Shown here one piece after another: positions 25,426 to 37,435 of a stretch of 64,000 bases of DNA. Position 1 is the stretch's first letter. The number at the start of each line of letters is the position of its first letter. Below the pieces are notes generated by a model, which ran no database searches, was not told where the DNA came from, and saw only the letters and a program-made list of their open reading frames with translations. The stretch is from assembly GCA_002633005.1 (NCBI GenBank), contig NMRA01000571.1, forward strand, positions 1 through 64,000, given 5' to 3'. This DNA comes from Phoronis australis. Lineage: Eukaryota > Animalia > Phoronida. A program made the translations under genes and the position numbers.

Positions 25426-26725
25426 TTTTTTATTTATTTATTTATTATGTGATATTTAAAATGAGGGTGGCCTCTTCAGTGATAGCACTGCTTTCCAAGA
25501 GGGCCCTCAACAAGAAAAACAGTAATATAATACAATGAAGTAATAAAACAACAATGAAATATACGTAACAAATATACAATTAAAACAGTTAAGGTTGAGA
25601 ATTAAGACAATAACTAAATGACAAATAATGGTAAAAAATTAACTAAGACAGATGAAATAAATTAAGAGATGACTCTAGACAATGAGAGTATTTACGACAA
25701 TGAAAAAATGACATGATTAAGATAGGCAGGGTATAAAAGGTTAAGTAAATTACAGCCACTTTTTAACATTAACTTTAAAGGTAGTAATTGAGTTGGACCG
25801 TTTAATTTCTGGGCTAAAAGAATTCCATATTATAGCAGCTGCATAGATAAAAGATCTCTTGCCAGTCTCGGTTTTAATTTTTTTAGAAGAAACATTGCCA
25901 GCAACAGAAGAACGTGTAGAATAAACAGCCTGACTGCTATTGAATTTACTGCTGAGATATGCTGGAGCCAAGCCATTGATACATCTGTATATACAACAGG
26001 CAGAGAGATATTTATTTCTTTGTCTTACTTTCATAAATCCCAGCTTGGAGTACAAGTCGTCAACCCTAGTGTCCCTAATTTTAGTACCCAGGATAGCCCT
26101 GGCGGCTCTATTTTGGATTACTTGGACTTTGTTTACAAGTGTGTCACTAGTGTGCCCCCAAACCGGTAAACAATAATCAATATGAGGCTGAATAATACAA
26201 TGGTAAAGGGTCTTAAGGGTACGGACATTAAGAAATTTGCCTAGACGTTTAAGTACACCGATTTTCTTTGATAATTTCTTTGTGATATGATCTATGTGCA
26301 TATTAAATTTAAGATTGGGATCTAAAATAAGGCCCAAGTACTTAAACTTGTCAACATTCTCGATGGGAGAACCGTTGATAGAAAGGGATAGTTTTTGTTG
26401 CTTTAATTTCTGGTGGGTTCCAAACAGCATCGACTTGGTTTTACTAACGTTAAGAGTGAGTTTATTTTGAATCAGCCAGTCATGGATAATGGCTAGCTCA
26501 TTGTTGAGAGAAGTTTCGAGTTCATTAACCGATCCAGCTGTGGACATAATTGCAGTGTCATCAGCGTATAAAACTGGGACACTGTTGTGGAGGACCGTAG
26601 GGAGGTCGTTAACAAAAATAGTGAATAATAGAGGGCCCAAAATGGAACCCTGAGGTACCCCCGTGATTACGGTTGAGTAGTCAGAAAGTATACCACCGTA
26701 TTTGGTGGCCTTTTTACGGTCGTAT
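25426..26725 (-). mobile_element. 5'-truncated L2/CR1-group LINE with intact partial RT ORF
   Basis: GVPQGSILGPLLF, YADDT, LNVSKTK and FKYLG motifs in an uninterrupted ORF to 25750; 3' stem-loop at 25463-25508; (TAAA)n tail; the empty site is visible in copy A at ~9645. Confidence 0.92.
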
Positions 26726-28414
26726 ATCAACGAGGATGTAAACGTATTCATTAGAAATTTTAATTGAAAAACGTCGCTGTAGACTACTGCTCAGAAGAAG
26801 TTTGAGGATGTAGGATATGCGGGAAGTTGTATAAAATCCCGCTTTTAAGTGTGAACGATATGCCACTTTCAATAAAAAGTGCTACATAGGATCCTTCCTA
26901 CAAACGCTTGGTTAATTTAATTTATTCTGATCCTTGTACTTTTTTTAAGAACGAATGTGAGACAATCTAACGCTTATTTGCAGACTGTTTTGTCACGCGC
27001 TCTTTTTGGAAAAAGACAATACTTTTTGGAACTCCATTTAAAAAGGAAACAAAGTATTTAACGGGTTTCTAATCACCCTAAATATTACGTATATAACTTC
27101 TAAACAATGCCTTAATTTTCAATGTTTCTATTAATTATTTGAAAATAAATTTACCTCCTGAGAAGTATAGTCTAAAGCAAAAAATCCAACTGAACTACAG
27201 AACTCTGGGCCGTTATTTTTTACCTTTGGATTTTTGTTGCAAATTTCAACCTTTCTGACGGGTGTTCTGACGGAAAAACCTGTTTGGTAATAAAATTATT
27301 TGAAAGTGTATTTCATGAAGGTACAGATCAAAAACATTACAACTGTTTTCTCCGCTCTGGGACTGGGGCAGTCGGGATTTTGGGTAAAAATACGAAAATT
27401 GCATTTTGGTCATTTTTATCATTGTTTTCCGAAGGACGATATCGTTAAATTTCTATGTCCTAAGGAAAATCCATCGGGTGTGATGGTTGTAAGCTACGAA
27501 TTGTTTCAGGTGTCTTGTGACGTGGACGTAACAATTGTTTTTTTGGTGAACAAGTGACTGTACCAAGATCAACCACTCGAAATGTGGCCTTAGTCCGCAT
27601 CGACTGGCAGTTCGGTACTACTTGACCATGCTCGGCGCATGAAATGACATGCCGTGGCAAGTCATCGTATCTATCCTAATATCAAGCCATACAAACAGTC
27701 TGTTCTTACACAGTCCAGAAATCGTATCTAATCGAACAACAACAACTTCTGTACCAGATTTATAGCAGAAGATGGTCAAAATTAAAACCTTGCTTTTGAC
27801 GGAAGGGAGCTTTCCAGCACCTTTATACCTTGATCGGCGTCTATGTAAAACATGAGTACGTACTCTAGAAAGTCTTAGGGGGGACAGATGGAATGCCAAC
27901 TCGACGATTTAAGGCTGGTAATCACAGAAGAACCTCCGTTGTTATAACAGTGTAACTTTCCTCCTGAATATACACTCTGTCGGTTCCAACTATACACCAG
28001 ACTGTAACAATTCTTTGCTTTGTGTTCTCAAAACTGGTCGAAGTTATTGGATCCAAGATTGGTATATAAGATGACTAAATCCAAATTAAACCGATTTTAT
28101 GTTGTACACTGAAATGCGTGATATTTCGCCCTGCTACAAAACCACCCTATGCTCGTGCCCTTGTGTTCTCAAAAATAAAAATAATCGAGAAAAATATTAA
28201 GTGAGAATATTTGCTGAAAGGCTGCATTTTTGACTTCCTCCGGTTCCGCTGAGTCAAAAGGTTGAGACATCTAATTGGTTCTCGATAACGATCGACTTCC
28301 GGTTTACTAACTAATCAGAGGTCTTAGCCGTTTGATCCGACGCAATTGGCGAAGCCAATCAAGTACAACCACTCCAATGACCTCAAAATAAACTCTTTCA
28401 GCCCTTGTGTTGCT

Positions 28415-28555
28415 CATAGATTAATTCTTATTATCACAACCAAGCAAAAAACGCTGTACCTTGGACACTAGCCTCCGAAGATGGCTGCTGTGAGTAGCCT
28501 AAACTGTCAAGGTACAGCGTATTTGCTTGGTTGTGCTAATAAGAATAAATCTATG
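28415..28555. mobile_element. MITE with ~50-bp TIRs starting CATAGA
   Basis: catagattaattcttattatcacaaccaagcaaa...gctgtaccttg / caaggtacagcg...gcttggttgtgctaataagaataaatctatg; absent from copy A. Confidence 0.85.
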
Positions 28556-29143
28556 TGTTCTCTACCAACCTTATGAAATTATTTAGTGGCATGTGTTTCT
28601 GTTTATTCGTCGTCCTTCGATTATTTACCGTGACATCCCAACTAATCATTTCACACGAGATAGTATCACAAGTTGTCACATCACATGTTTCAATACTTGT
28701 GATAAGACTAGGGGTGTTGGTCACTTTGTGTCATTAATATGTCAATAAAATGAACGTTGTAAGAAAAAACACAGTTACGAGGTCATTATTAAATCGCAGG
28801 TCAAAAGGTTGAATGCTCTGAGGGAGAAACTGACGTCAAAACGAAATACGACCTTGGCAAAGCTTCATTGAATCGGCAAGTTCATTGATTTAAAACAATG
28901 AGCTACAAAAGGATAGATCTTCATGGTCAGCAACACATCAATTTCCGCCTCCTTTTGGCTTCACTTTGTCATTTCACGCGATCCTTGTACCTCATCCATT
29001 CCTTAGTCCCTGATCCGTTGCTCAACCATGACATGTGCAAGTATGATTGCAGCATGCATAGCATCGATGGGTTGTACAATTAATTGTAAGTTCTCGAGAA
29101 AATGTGATATTTACCCGAGCACACCAGCTACATGCAGCAAAGG

Positions 29144-30004
29144 TCACCTGGTACCCCTCATAAGGAATCCACCTACTTTTTTCAAAGATCGAGAAATTCG
29201 TAAAATTATGATTCCAAACAAATCAAAACCAAACGGGTAAAAAACAAAGTTTTGACGACGAGCTCGCCACGGGTCGAACCGTGTCCGAAAACTCCTTTTC
29301 ATTTTATAGGTCAGACGGATGACCTTCCGATGACGGAAAATTAGGTAACTTGATGTGATGGAGGCAAGGGACTTGTTGCGCAAGTCCGCGCCATATCGTT
29401 GCTTAACAAGTTGGGGTAAACCTGGGTTGACCATCTGTAACCATAAGAACACAACAGTATTTTTGAGGGAGGGAGTCATGTCTTCGTCGATATCGACAGC
29501 CTCGCCATGATGCGTTATGCCACACCCAACGGTGAGTAAGTTATCCTCAAAAAAGCAGTGACGCGCTGGAATAGGTCTTCAGGACGTTCATTTGGATCTA
29601 CTGATATGAGTCCCAGGTCTAAGAAATGTGCTCTTGTGGAAGCGAATCCGAAATGTTGTCGGATTTTCTGCCAAATGTCCTGGACAGAGGTGGATGACTT
29701 CACGATAGAATTACGGGATATGACGGGACAAAAATTGCAATTTGTCCCAGCATGAGCTCTAAATGAGCCAGTTTCATGTGAGCAGAACGCCGCTGCGGTT
29801 CTGGAGTGTCATCGGGGTCGTCGGTAAGACCACGCAGTGGAGCAGCGCTGTCTTTTTTAGCCAACTAACGCCGTCGACAAGAAATGGCGCAAAGTGAGGG
29901 TCCAATGAAAGGATGTATAATAAATTCTGCCTCAAACTATCAAATGAAGTAATGGTCTCATTTTTAGTGAGCGGCCACTGTTTTGGAGCTTGGGTTGTAG
30001 CCAT
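29144..30004 (-). mobile_element. Frameshifted gag-like N-terminus of a Gypsy-type LTR retrotransposon
   Basis: [16 protein letters not shown]...[32 protein letters not shown]...[42 protein letters not shown]; resembles marine-invertebrate retrotransposon polyproteins (recalled, not searched). Confidence 0.7.
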
Positions 30005-30435
30005 GTCGCAGCCACCACGCCAGATAAACTAGACAAAGAGTTGTAAGTTAACGAGTTTAATTCGCAGCCGACAACATAACGAGGCGGAACCGGAAGGGCT
30101 CTCACCAAACACAGTCGTACGAATAAAAATGCAATGGCGGTAATTGAATTTATTGCCGCATGAGCCCGCTGTTCAACAGTTCATTTTTAATTAAAATAGT
30201 AATGTACGCCCACTCACCAACGGCCAACAAAGAGTGGAAACGTTAATCCACGCCTCCCTTGCATTAACTCGGTGACACATATGCGTGTGTTCACCATCGA
30301 ATCAATCATCCGTGGCGTCACGTGATAACGGCCTGCCCAACTGGCCAATTAAATCCATAGACAGGGAAAATAAAACAGAACCTCTTGCTGAAATTGCAGT
30401 TGACTCGCAAGACTCTCAACTGAACTGTAGTGAAA

Positions 30436-30864
30436 ATGTTCTCTTCTGCGGGTTTACGTGTAGAACTAAAGTTCTTGATTCTCATCATGTTGCTCTGTCG
30501 TGTTTCATGTGGCCTCTGGCAAAAAGAACGAGACAGTCCACTGACTATGCATAACGACTTCCTCGTTTCGAGAATTCCTAGTAACCTGGGATCCAGACAG
30601 TTCTCGAAGAAATTATGGGATGGTGTTGAAGACCTGCTACAAGCTAAATACAGCGGAAATAGTCTTAACTCGATTATTGGCAAAAGAAAGCATTTTGAAG
30701 ATCTGCATGATGCAAAAAGAAGTCAACGGATATTTAACACCAGTATAGGTAAAAGGACACACTTTGGAAGTCCACGAAACGTTAACCCAACACTAAGAAA
30801 TTACAATGTCGGCAAAAGAAGACATATAGAAGAGGCAGATAGCGGACAAGAGATGGAACAATAA
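30436..30864 (+). CDS. Secreted neuropeptide-like precursor, copy B (142 aa, 3'-truncated by frameshift)
   Basis: ATG at 30436, signal peptide, peptides GNSLNSII-GKR, RIFNTSI-GKR and LRNYNV-GKR with acidic spacers. Confidence 0.75.
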   Translation: MFSSAGLRVELKFLILIMLLCRVSCGLWQKERDSPLTMHNDFLVSRIPSNLGSRQFSKKLWDGVEDLLQAKYSGNSLNSIIGKRKHFEDLHDAKRSQRIFNTSIGKRTHFGSPRNVNPTLRNYNVGKRRHIEEADSGQEMEQ

Positions 30865-32084
30865 TGTCGGTAAAATGGTATATGATGAAGGTCTAGAAAG
30901 TGCAAGAATCAGGCGAAAGGTATCAAAGTCTAATTGGTGAAAGAAGACAAGTCGAAGATCTTCAAGATGATGGTGGCGTTCATATCCCGATCCTGAAGTT
31001 GCAGAACGTCCACTCTGTGGATAGCCAGATGTTCAAACGCAATGAAGATATATGAAAAACTACTTCAAAAAAGGAAGCGGAAAGATAAAAGCGGATAACA
31101 AAAAAGCTTTCACCAGGTCGTCTGAAAGAGGTTTGACAATCACATTACTTCTGGTATACGGGACTGATGTTTGTGGGTAAAACTACGAGTTCGTTCGACT
31201 CTGATGTCCATGGTAAAAAGCAGAAAAACATCGCAATAGAATCGAATTAGGATGATGTTTCAGAGCACTTTTAACGAAACGAATTTTTACGGCAAAAAAT
31301 TGAAAACGGCAAAAGAGAATGGGACTCTTCAAAACAACTTCTATTGACATTTCGCAGACTTGCTTCAGTTGTGTTATGTTATCTTTTGTTTAAAGGATAC
31401 CTTAACCGAATTTGATGTTTTTGTTCAAAATTGGTTTAGCCAGATAAAAGCTTATTCAGTTAAAAAAGTTAAATTTGTGTCAAAAAACGAACCTTGTAGT
31501 TCCCTGCACCTGTAACTTATTTAAAATTAACGTGTTTCGGGGTACCATGTTTACCTGTGTCAATCCTCGGTTAACTGTAGACAGGTGTTAAATGAGATAA
31601 CAGAGAAAATGATACGAAACAACACATTGTGAAAAATAAAACATATCTTGCTTCATCACCATTTTAATGAAAGATCAAGACAAATTCACTAAAAATAACT
31701 AATTTTCTACATCTTAACTTACCCAGTTAACGGGGCACTGGCGTTCTTACTGCGGAAAATTTCAATTTTGAATTATTCTTGAATGGTTAGATTTCTTAAA
31801 GTTATAAGCTTTGACCAGAGCTATAAGCTGTAAAAGTTTAGTCTATTGTGTTTCGTGATTTCATTACGAATCACCAGTTCTTTTCTTTGTCGGCCAGGCA
31901 CTTTCCAGTTCTGCTATCCACTGAGTTGAATGCCGCGACGCGTCAGAATTTCTTGCTGAGGCTGATCTCGTCAAAATGATTTTTATTGCCAGTAATGTCA
32001 CTTTAAGTGTCATTCAAGCTTGTGCTTAGAAGACTTTGTTTTAATTTTTGTTACAAACTTCTGAAAGTTGACGAAGAGCGTTGT

Positions 32085-32268
32085 CANGAGCCCCCCCCCC
32101 CCCTCCCCCATTTGGCGAAGTGTGCGTCAGAGAAAAAAGTCCAAAAAGTAGAAAATGAGATAAAAGTACACTGAAAAGGCAGGAATTTGGCGATTTTTTT
32201 TAGTAAAATGTCCACATTCTCAAAAGTTCGAGCCCCCTTCCCAATATTTTAGGTTGGATGCGCGCATG
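32085..32268. mobile_element. Paralogous copy of the 13719 MITE
   Basis: Same internal sequence and right TIR gcgcgcatg; inserted before the duplication. Confidence 0.65.
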
Positions 32269-34476
32269 ACTGTATTGTCGCATGACTAAAACCGGAGATA
32301 GATTTTCAAGTTGTCTTTGACTATATTTTATGATGAACCGTGGTTTAAAATCTCAAACAGGTACTTGCCCCGAAACGATCGCCAAGATATCACCTTGATG
32401 ACCAGAATTTACACTGTAAGTCGTAAGATAGGAAAACGTGTCGATGCAACTCCAACACATGTTCCAGAGTCGTGACACGTTCTTCGTTTGTCCCAAGGGT
32501 CGGTAATAAATTTAGTTGCTTGTTCTTAAGACATGATGTTGGGACTGGCGAGACTCGACTCTGCTGTCCATTTAGGTCCATATAGAATTGATTCGAGGGG
32601 CCTTCTCGGTCACCTTAACAATGCTATAAGGCGTTATTTTAACAGCCTTGTTGGAAACCCATGGGCAAAGTTCTGGACCCGCCACTGCAATTTAGTAAAC
32701 GCAGTTACATCAAGAGTTTCCTAACAGAAATTATTATGTTTTCATTGTTTTAACGTAGACCGAGTCTTAAACCAATCAAAAGAAATTTGAAATCAAGAAT
32801 TTTCCTAAATTAAAAACGTTAATGTGTTTTAATTTTTCTACGTCAACTTTTCTACGTGTAATTATAATAATAACATTATACGGTACGGCTATTGTGTTTG
32901 AGTACAACCAATGAAAATTATTCTCGAAAGTTATAATACATTGAGTTCTTTAAATTCAAAATACGATGCGTCGTAAGAGCGTCATTTAGGATAAAAACGT
33001 TCTTAAACTCGTTCAGGCAACTTGATGTCAACTTGAGCGGAAAGAGGATTTTCAAAAGGGTTGCACTGAGTTTGGTATGAGTTTTGACGACAGGAGTTCT
33101 CAACAAAGATTTCAACGTGACCCGAGGACCTTCGAATTTTAGTCTAGTTTCGGCATTTTCCAGACGATCCTTCGCAAAACAAGTTTTTGTCGCATCAGCC
33201 ATTGTTGCTCGTTCTTGAACATGATGCTTGCTCTGGACTGCTTTTCATTTCGTTGCAAAGTTTTGATCTTGGAGTTTGTCTCTACCCGTAGTAAATGTAA
33301 CATTTTCTAAAATGAAACCTTGAAGTGCGAGGACAAACTTCATGATATTCATCATCGAAACACTTCTCACCTTACCAGTATAATTAAAGCTAAGTGCAAC
33401 TGCCTTTGGCACATTAAAGCAAAAAATTAAGCAATATATTTTTATTTCAAAGAGTATTTGACAAGTGTTATTTAATCTTGAACTTAAGAAAAGCAGGGAG
33501 TCCAAAATACGACAAAAACATATCAGTATGGGTAACGCGAGAACACTTCCAAATTCAACAAGCGCCCATCACTTCATTCATGAGATGCTCATTTCTCGTT
33601 TCAGTCCGTTTTCTTAACAACACTTCTCAATTTAGTATCATATCACAAGCAGGACGAGACATATCTGTGAGCCTACTCGTGGGAGTAGATTACTAATACA
33701 CACAATAACTTCATTAAAATAAAAAAATGTTGCGCTTTATTTCCTCAACCTAATCACTGTTCGTGTATGATTGATCGAGAGCAACTTCAATAGCCAGCAG
33801 TCAAATTAATTAACTAATTGACTAATTTCAATAAATGACATTTCGTACGTTCATGTACGTATGTTCATAAGGAGGAGCTTCAACGTCATATTAATTTCAA
33901 GTAGTTTAAATCACTGAGATACTAGTTAATATTCATTAATCAACTGAGAACACAGGGTGAGTATCGTCAGTCGAAAGATACTATTAAAGCATTTTGTAAC
34001 TTTCAGCCCTGCTCGTGCGCACCTTAATTTAATATTGTTTTTTTTAGATTTTTTAAAAGTGGGTTGTCGCCGAAGCCTCTTTACTTACGGCGACAGCCGA
34101 GCGATTACCCATAATGCATGCGTCAGCTGTTACTACAGTAGCCATTTTACGTGGTGTTACAAAAATGAAAGTTAAACTAACTAATTCATATTGAATTCGG
34201 TAAAATTTGAATTTATTTAGATTTGTACTGAATGACCATTATTTAGGCTTAGTTTTGTCTGACTAGCTTGCGTTGAAATCACTTTTTTTTACCAAAATGA
34301 AGCGGAAAGAGCATATTATTTTAAGCTCGTCATTGTCAACTGTACAGAAACTTTCAGTTACTTTTAACTACCTGAACAATACAAATTAAGAACGATTGCA
34401 TGAAAATACCAGGAAGAGAACAAAATAAGCAAAATCATCGAAAACTTAACAGAGCAATACATGCGCGCACCATTGT

Positions 34477-34553
34477 CATGGGCGGCGCAGCATTGAAATA
34501 AGTAGGGGGGCGGGGGGCTATAGCCCCCAGCCCCCTATGGTGCGCCTCCCATG
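34477..34553. mobile_element. Very short hAT5-like MITE
   Basis: catgggcggcgca / tgcgcctcccatg, flanks attgt/attat. Confidence 0.6.
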
Positions 34554-36308
34554 ATTATGTATGTAGAACCGTAGATAACTTCAGCAGACTTTTGCTAAGG
34601 TCAATTCGCGTTGTAATGTTACACGCTGAAATAGTGGAAGTACATTGATTTATGTTAAACTTTGATCTAGTTTATTTATTTTCGACATTCTCCACGACAT
34701 TGTTGATGAAAGACTCTTTCGATGTTGCTTGGTCGTTTGAATAACACCCCTGCAGTGGTAACTGATTTTACTTCAAGTCATTCATATTTGGTATGGACAC
34801 AGGTGTTAAAAAATTGTGCAACCACCCTGCTTATTTTTGATATCAGTAAGTGTTCCTGGGGAGTGTTTTTTAATGAATGTGATAAAATCAAAATATTTGT
34901 TATTAATGGTTTATTAGAAATCTCAAAGTGCACAATCCACATGCCATGTAGTTAATATAATTAACTTTGCTGTTATTTCTCAAACAAATTCCACGATCTT
35001 CCGAGAAAAGATCCAAATGCAGAGTCGGATGATAATTCGTGAATTATTTCGTGTATAGTTAGAAACACAATGAACGTTTCCTTCGCAAACACTTTAACAA
35101 AACATATTCAAAACCAGGTGCATTAAGTGATGGTCGGTAAACGTTTATAAAGTTACATTGAATATTTAAGTAGGGGAACTCCTTTGCAGCACCAGTCCCG
35201 GTAATTATGTACATATGGTTGTAAGCCAGTCGACATCACGCTCTGTACAGAAATTTGAGAAAGTGTGTTTTAAGAAGATGAAATGTCGCACAGGCAGAAC
35301 AGGTCTGTGAAAAAAGGTTAAACGCACACTTTTTAACAGTATAACTACAATGATCATTCGCATACACGAGATCTCCGGGTTTGAATGAAGCGGTTTTTTG
35401 TAGTAATTTTGTTCGAATTTTTAGACAAAAGACGTCCAAACTTACACTGTCGTCTGCACACAACGTTACATTGCACACAGATTTCAAGAATTTCAAACAG
35501 TTAGTTCACAAAACATTTCATCAAAACATTATCACAAATATTTATTCAACCATCTGTTGGTTCAGGTGAGTTAAATTAGATATCAAGATATCTGAACTCC
35601 TTCACATCACCTCTCATCTCCAGTACATACATGTACACCTGCCCTGGGCCTCATGTACAAATGGCTGTAGGACTTGAGACATCACCTCACGTGGCGATCA
35701 CGTGTGCACGTGCAGCGGTCAACAGAATTATGAACCAGTCACTGTCAGCTAGGAGAATGTGACCGAACTGATCCACACACACACCGCGCGGTCCACACAT
35801 TTCATCACTGACATGAATAATTTATGCTATTTTTATTATTCTGATTGGTGCACTATTTCAATGCAATTTAGCTTTTGTTTATAAACAATTTTTTTGAATT
35901 AAGGGTTCAAGATAATATGAAGCGGTCGCACCGAAAATTATTTTTTCACTTTGAAGACAAAAGTCTACATCACAGGAAAGGCATTGATGTCTGAAGTACA
36001 AAAATTGAAAAATTATCAAAATCAAATAGGTCATTCAAAAGTTATCGCCATTTATGTGTTAAATTTAGACTTTATTTTGGTCGGGTCGGCCATCTTGCAA
36101 TGTCAGCGGCATAGGTTACGGGTTTAAAGTGCTTAATAAACATTACCGTCCTGTACAATCCAAGAATTTACACCAGTATTTAATCACGCAGATGTATCTT
36201 ATTGAATGGTTAAAATGCTCAAAATTCTCGTTATACAACATGGCGACTTATCTGAACTGAAAGGCATGTTTAACCGGTGACATTGTCATCAATGAAGATT
36301 TAACTACT

Positions 36309-36400
36309 AAGTATACATTTGTGGTCACCTTGTTGCAAAAGTATACATTTGTGGTCACCTTGTTGCAAAAGTATACATTTGTGGTCACCTTGTTGCAAAA
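36309..36400. repeat. Perfect 30-bp tandem repeat x3
   Basis: aagtatacatttgtggtcaccttgttgcaa repeated three times. Confidence 0.95.
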
Positions 36401-37396
36401 AAAAAACAGTTTTGCGCAATTTTCCGGTGCCTGTGATATAGCTATCTATGATGAATCTTCTATTTATTTCAATGTGAAGTGCCCATGCAATAGACCTTGC
36501 ACTCCGCTAAATTCTGTTGAAAATGTTTTGAAATCGTTATCTTGTTTGAAAGTCAACTTCCGTTCAATTTATGATTATGTGTCACAACAGGACTCATATT
36601 TTATGAATTTCATGGATAAATTGGGCTTTTGATTCATGTTTTGCAACCAGTTATTTTCGACTTCAAAATTATGTGAAAAATCTTATACTTGATTTACAGA
36701 AATTGCTTACATTTGCATTTAAGAGTGAAGCTCATTCGAATTCTTCTGCCTCAAGGCTTCATATTATTTATAATATTGTCAAGTTCTAATTTCGCCTTTA
36801 CTGTACTCAGTCGCCATGGTAACAGTCACGCATGTCTACTTTCATACTTAACGTGAGCTTGGTTCATTCTGTATTGCTGACAATTTCCAAATACATTTTA
36901 AGTTACTTATTGTGGCAAAAGGCTGTTAGAATCATTTTAGTTTGCCTATTAATTTGCACTGAGATCACTTTAGCTACAATAACACTTTGAAACCAGTGCG
37001 TCCAATATTTTTAAGAGATTTCATTTTTATATCTCATGGGAGCGTGACAAAAAGTGACAAAATCAGATTTGGGTGGAATCGGTTAAATGATTAGTGTCAT
37101 GTAAAAATGACAAAACTCAGATTAAAGTGACTTTACATATTGTATGTAATGATTATCAGGTAATGAGGTGGACGTTACCAGGGCGCAGCATCAGTTAGCG
37201 GCTGACGGAGGGGAGGGGGGCAGGCACAGGTTAGACATATGGATAGTTTCCAAAGTCACGCTAAAATTAAACTCACTGACTGGAGTGGCTGCACGGGTTA
37301 CAATTATTCGAAAACTTGCATGCAGATAATATTAGTTTTTGGCCACATTAGAAGATAGCAATTGAAAACAAAAAACGTGCTAGAGTGCAGCATGTA

Positions 37397-37435
37397 AACG
37401 ACGTTTCGATATTAATCAAAATCATACTCAGGTAC
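37397..37435 (-). ncRNA. Relic hammerhead-like motif (PLE terminal repeat remnant)
   Basis: Minus strand CTGAGTA-T-GAT...ATC-GAAA-CG-TC, one mismatch from the CUGANGA core. Confidence 0.35.

Larger units (their letters stand above)
21178..34458 (+). repeat. Tandem segmental duplication, copy B
   Basis: Collinear with 5472-16180 and expanded by copy-specific TE insertions. Confidence 0.9.

Noticed and set aside
36309-36400. CRISPR-like 30-bp repeats
   Set aside because: No spacers, and the context is eukaryotic; a plain minisatellite
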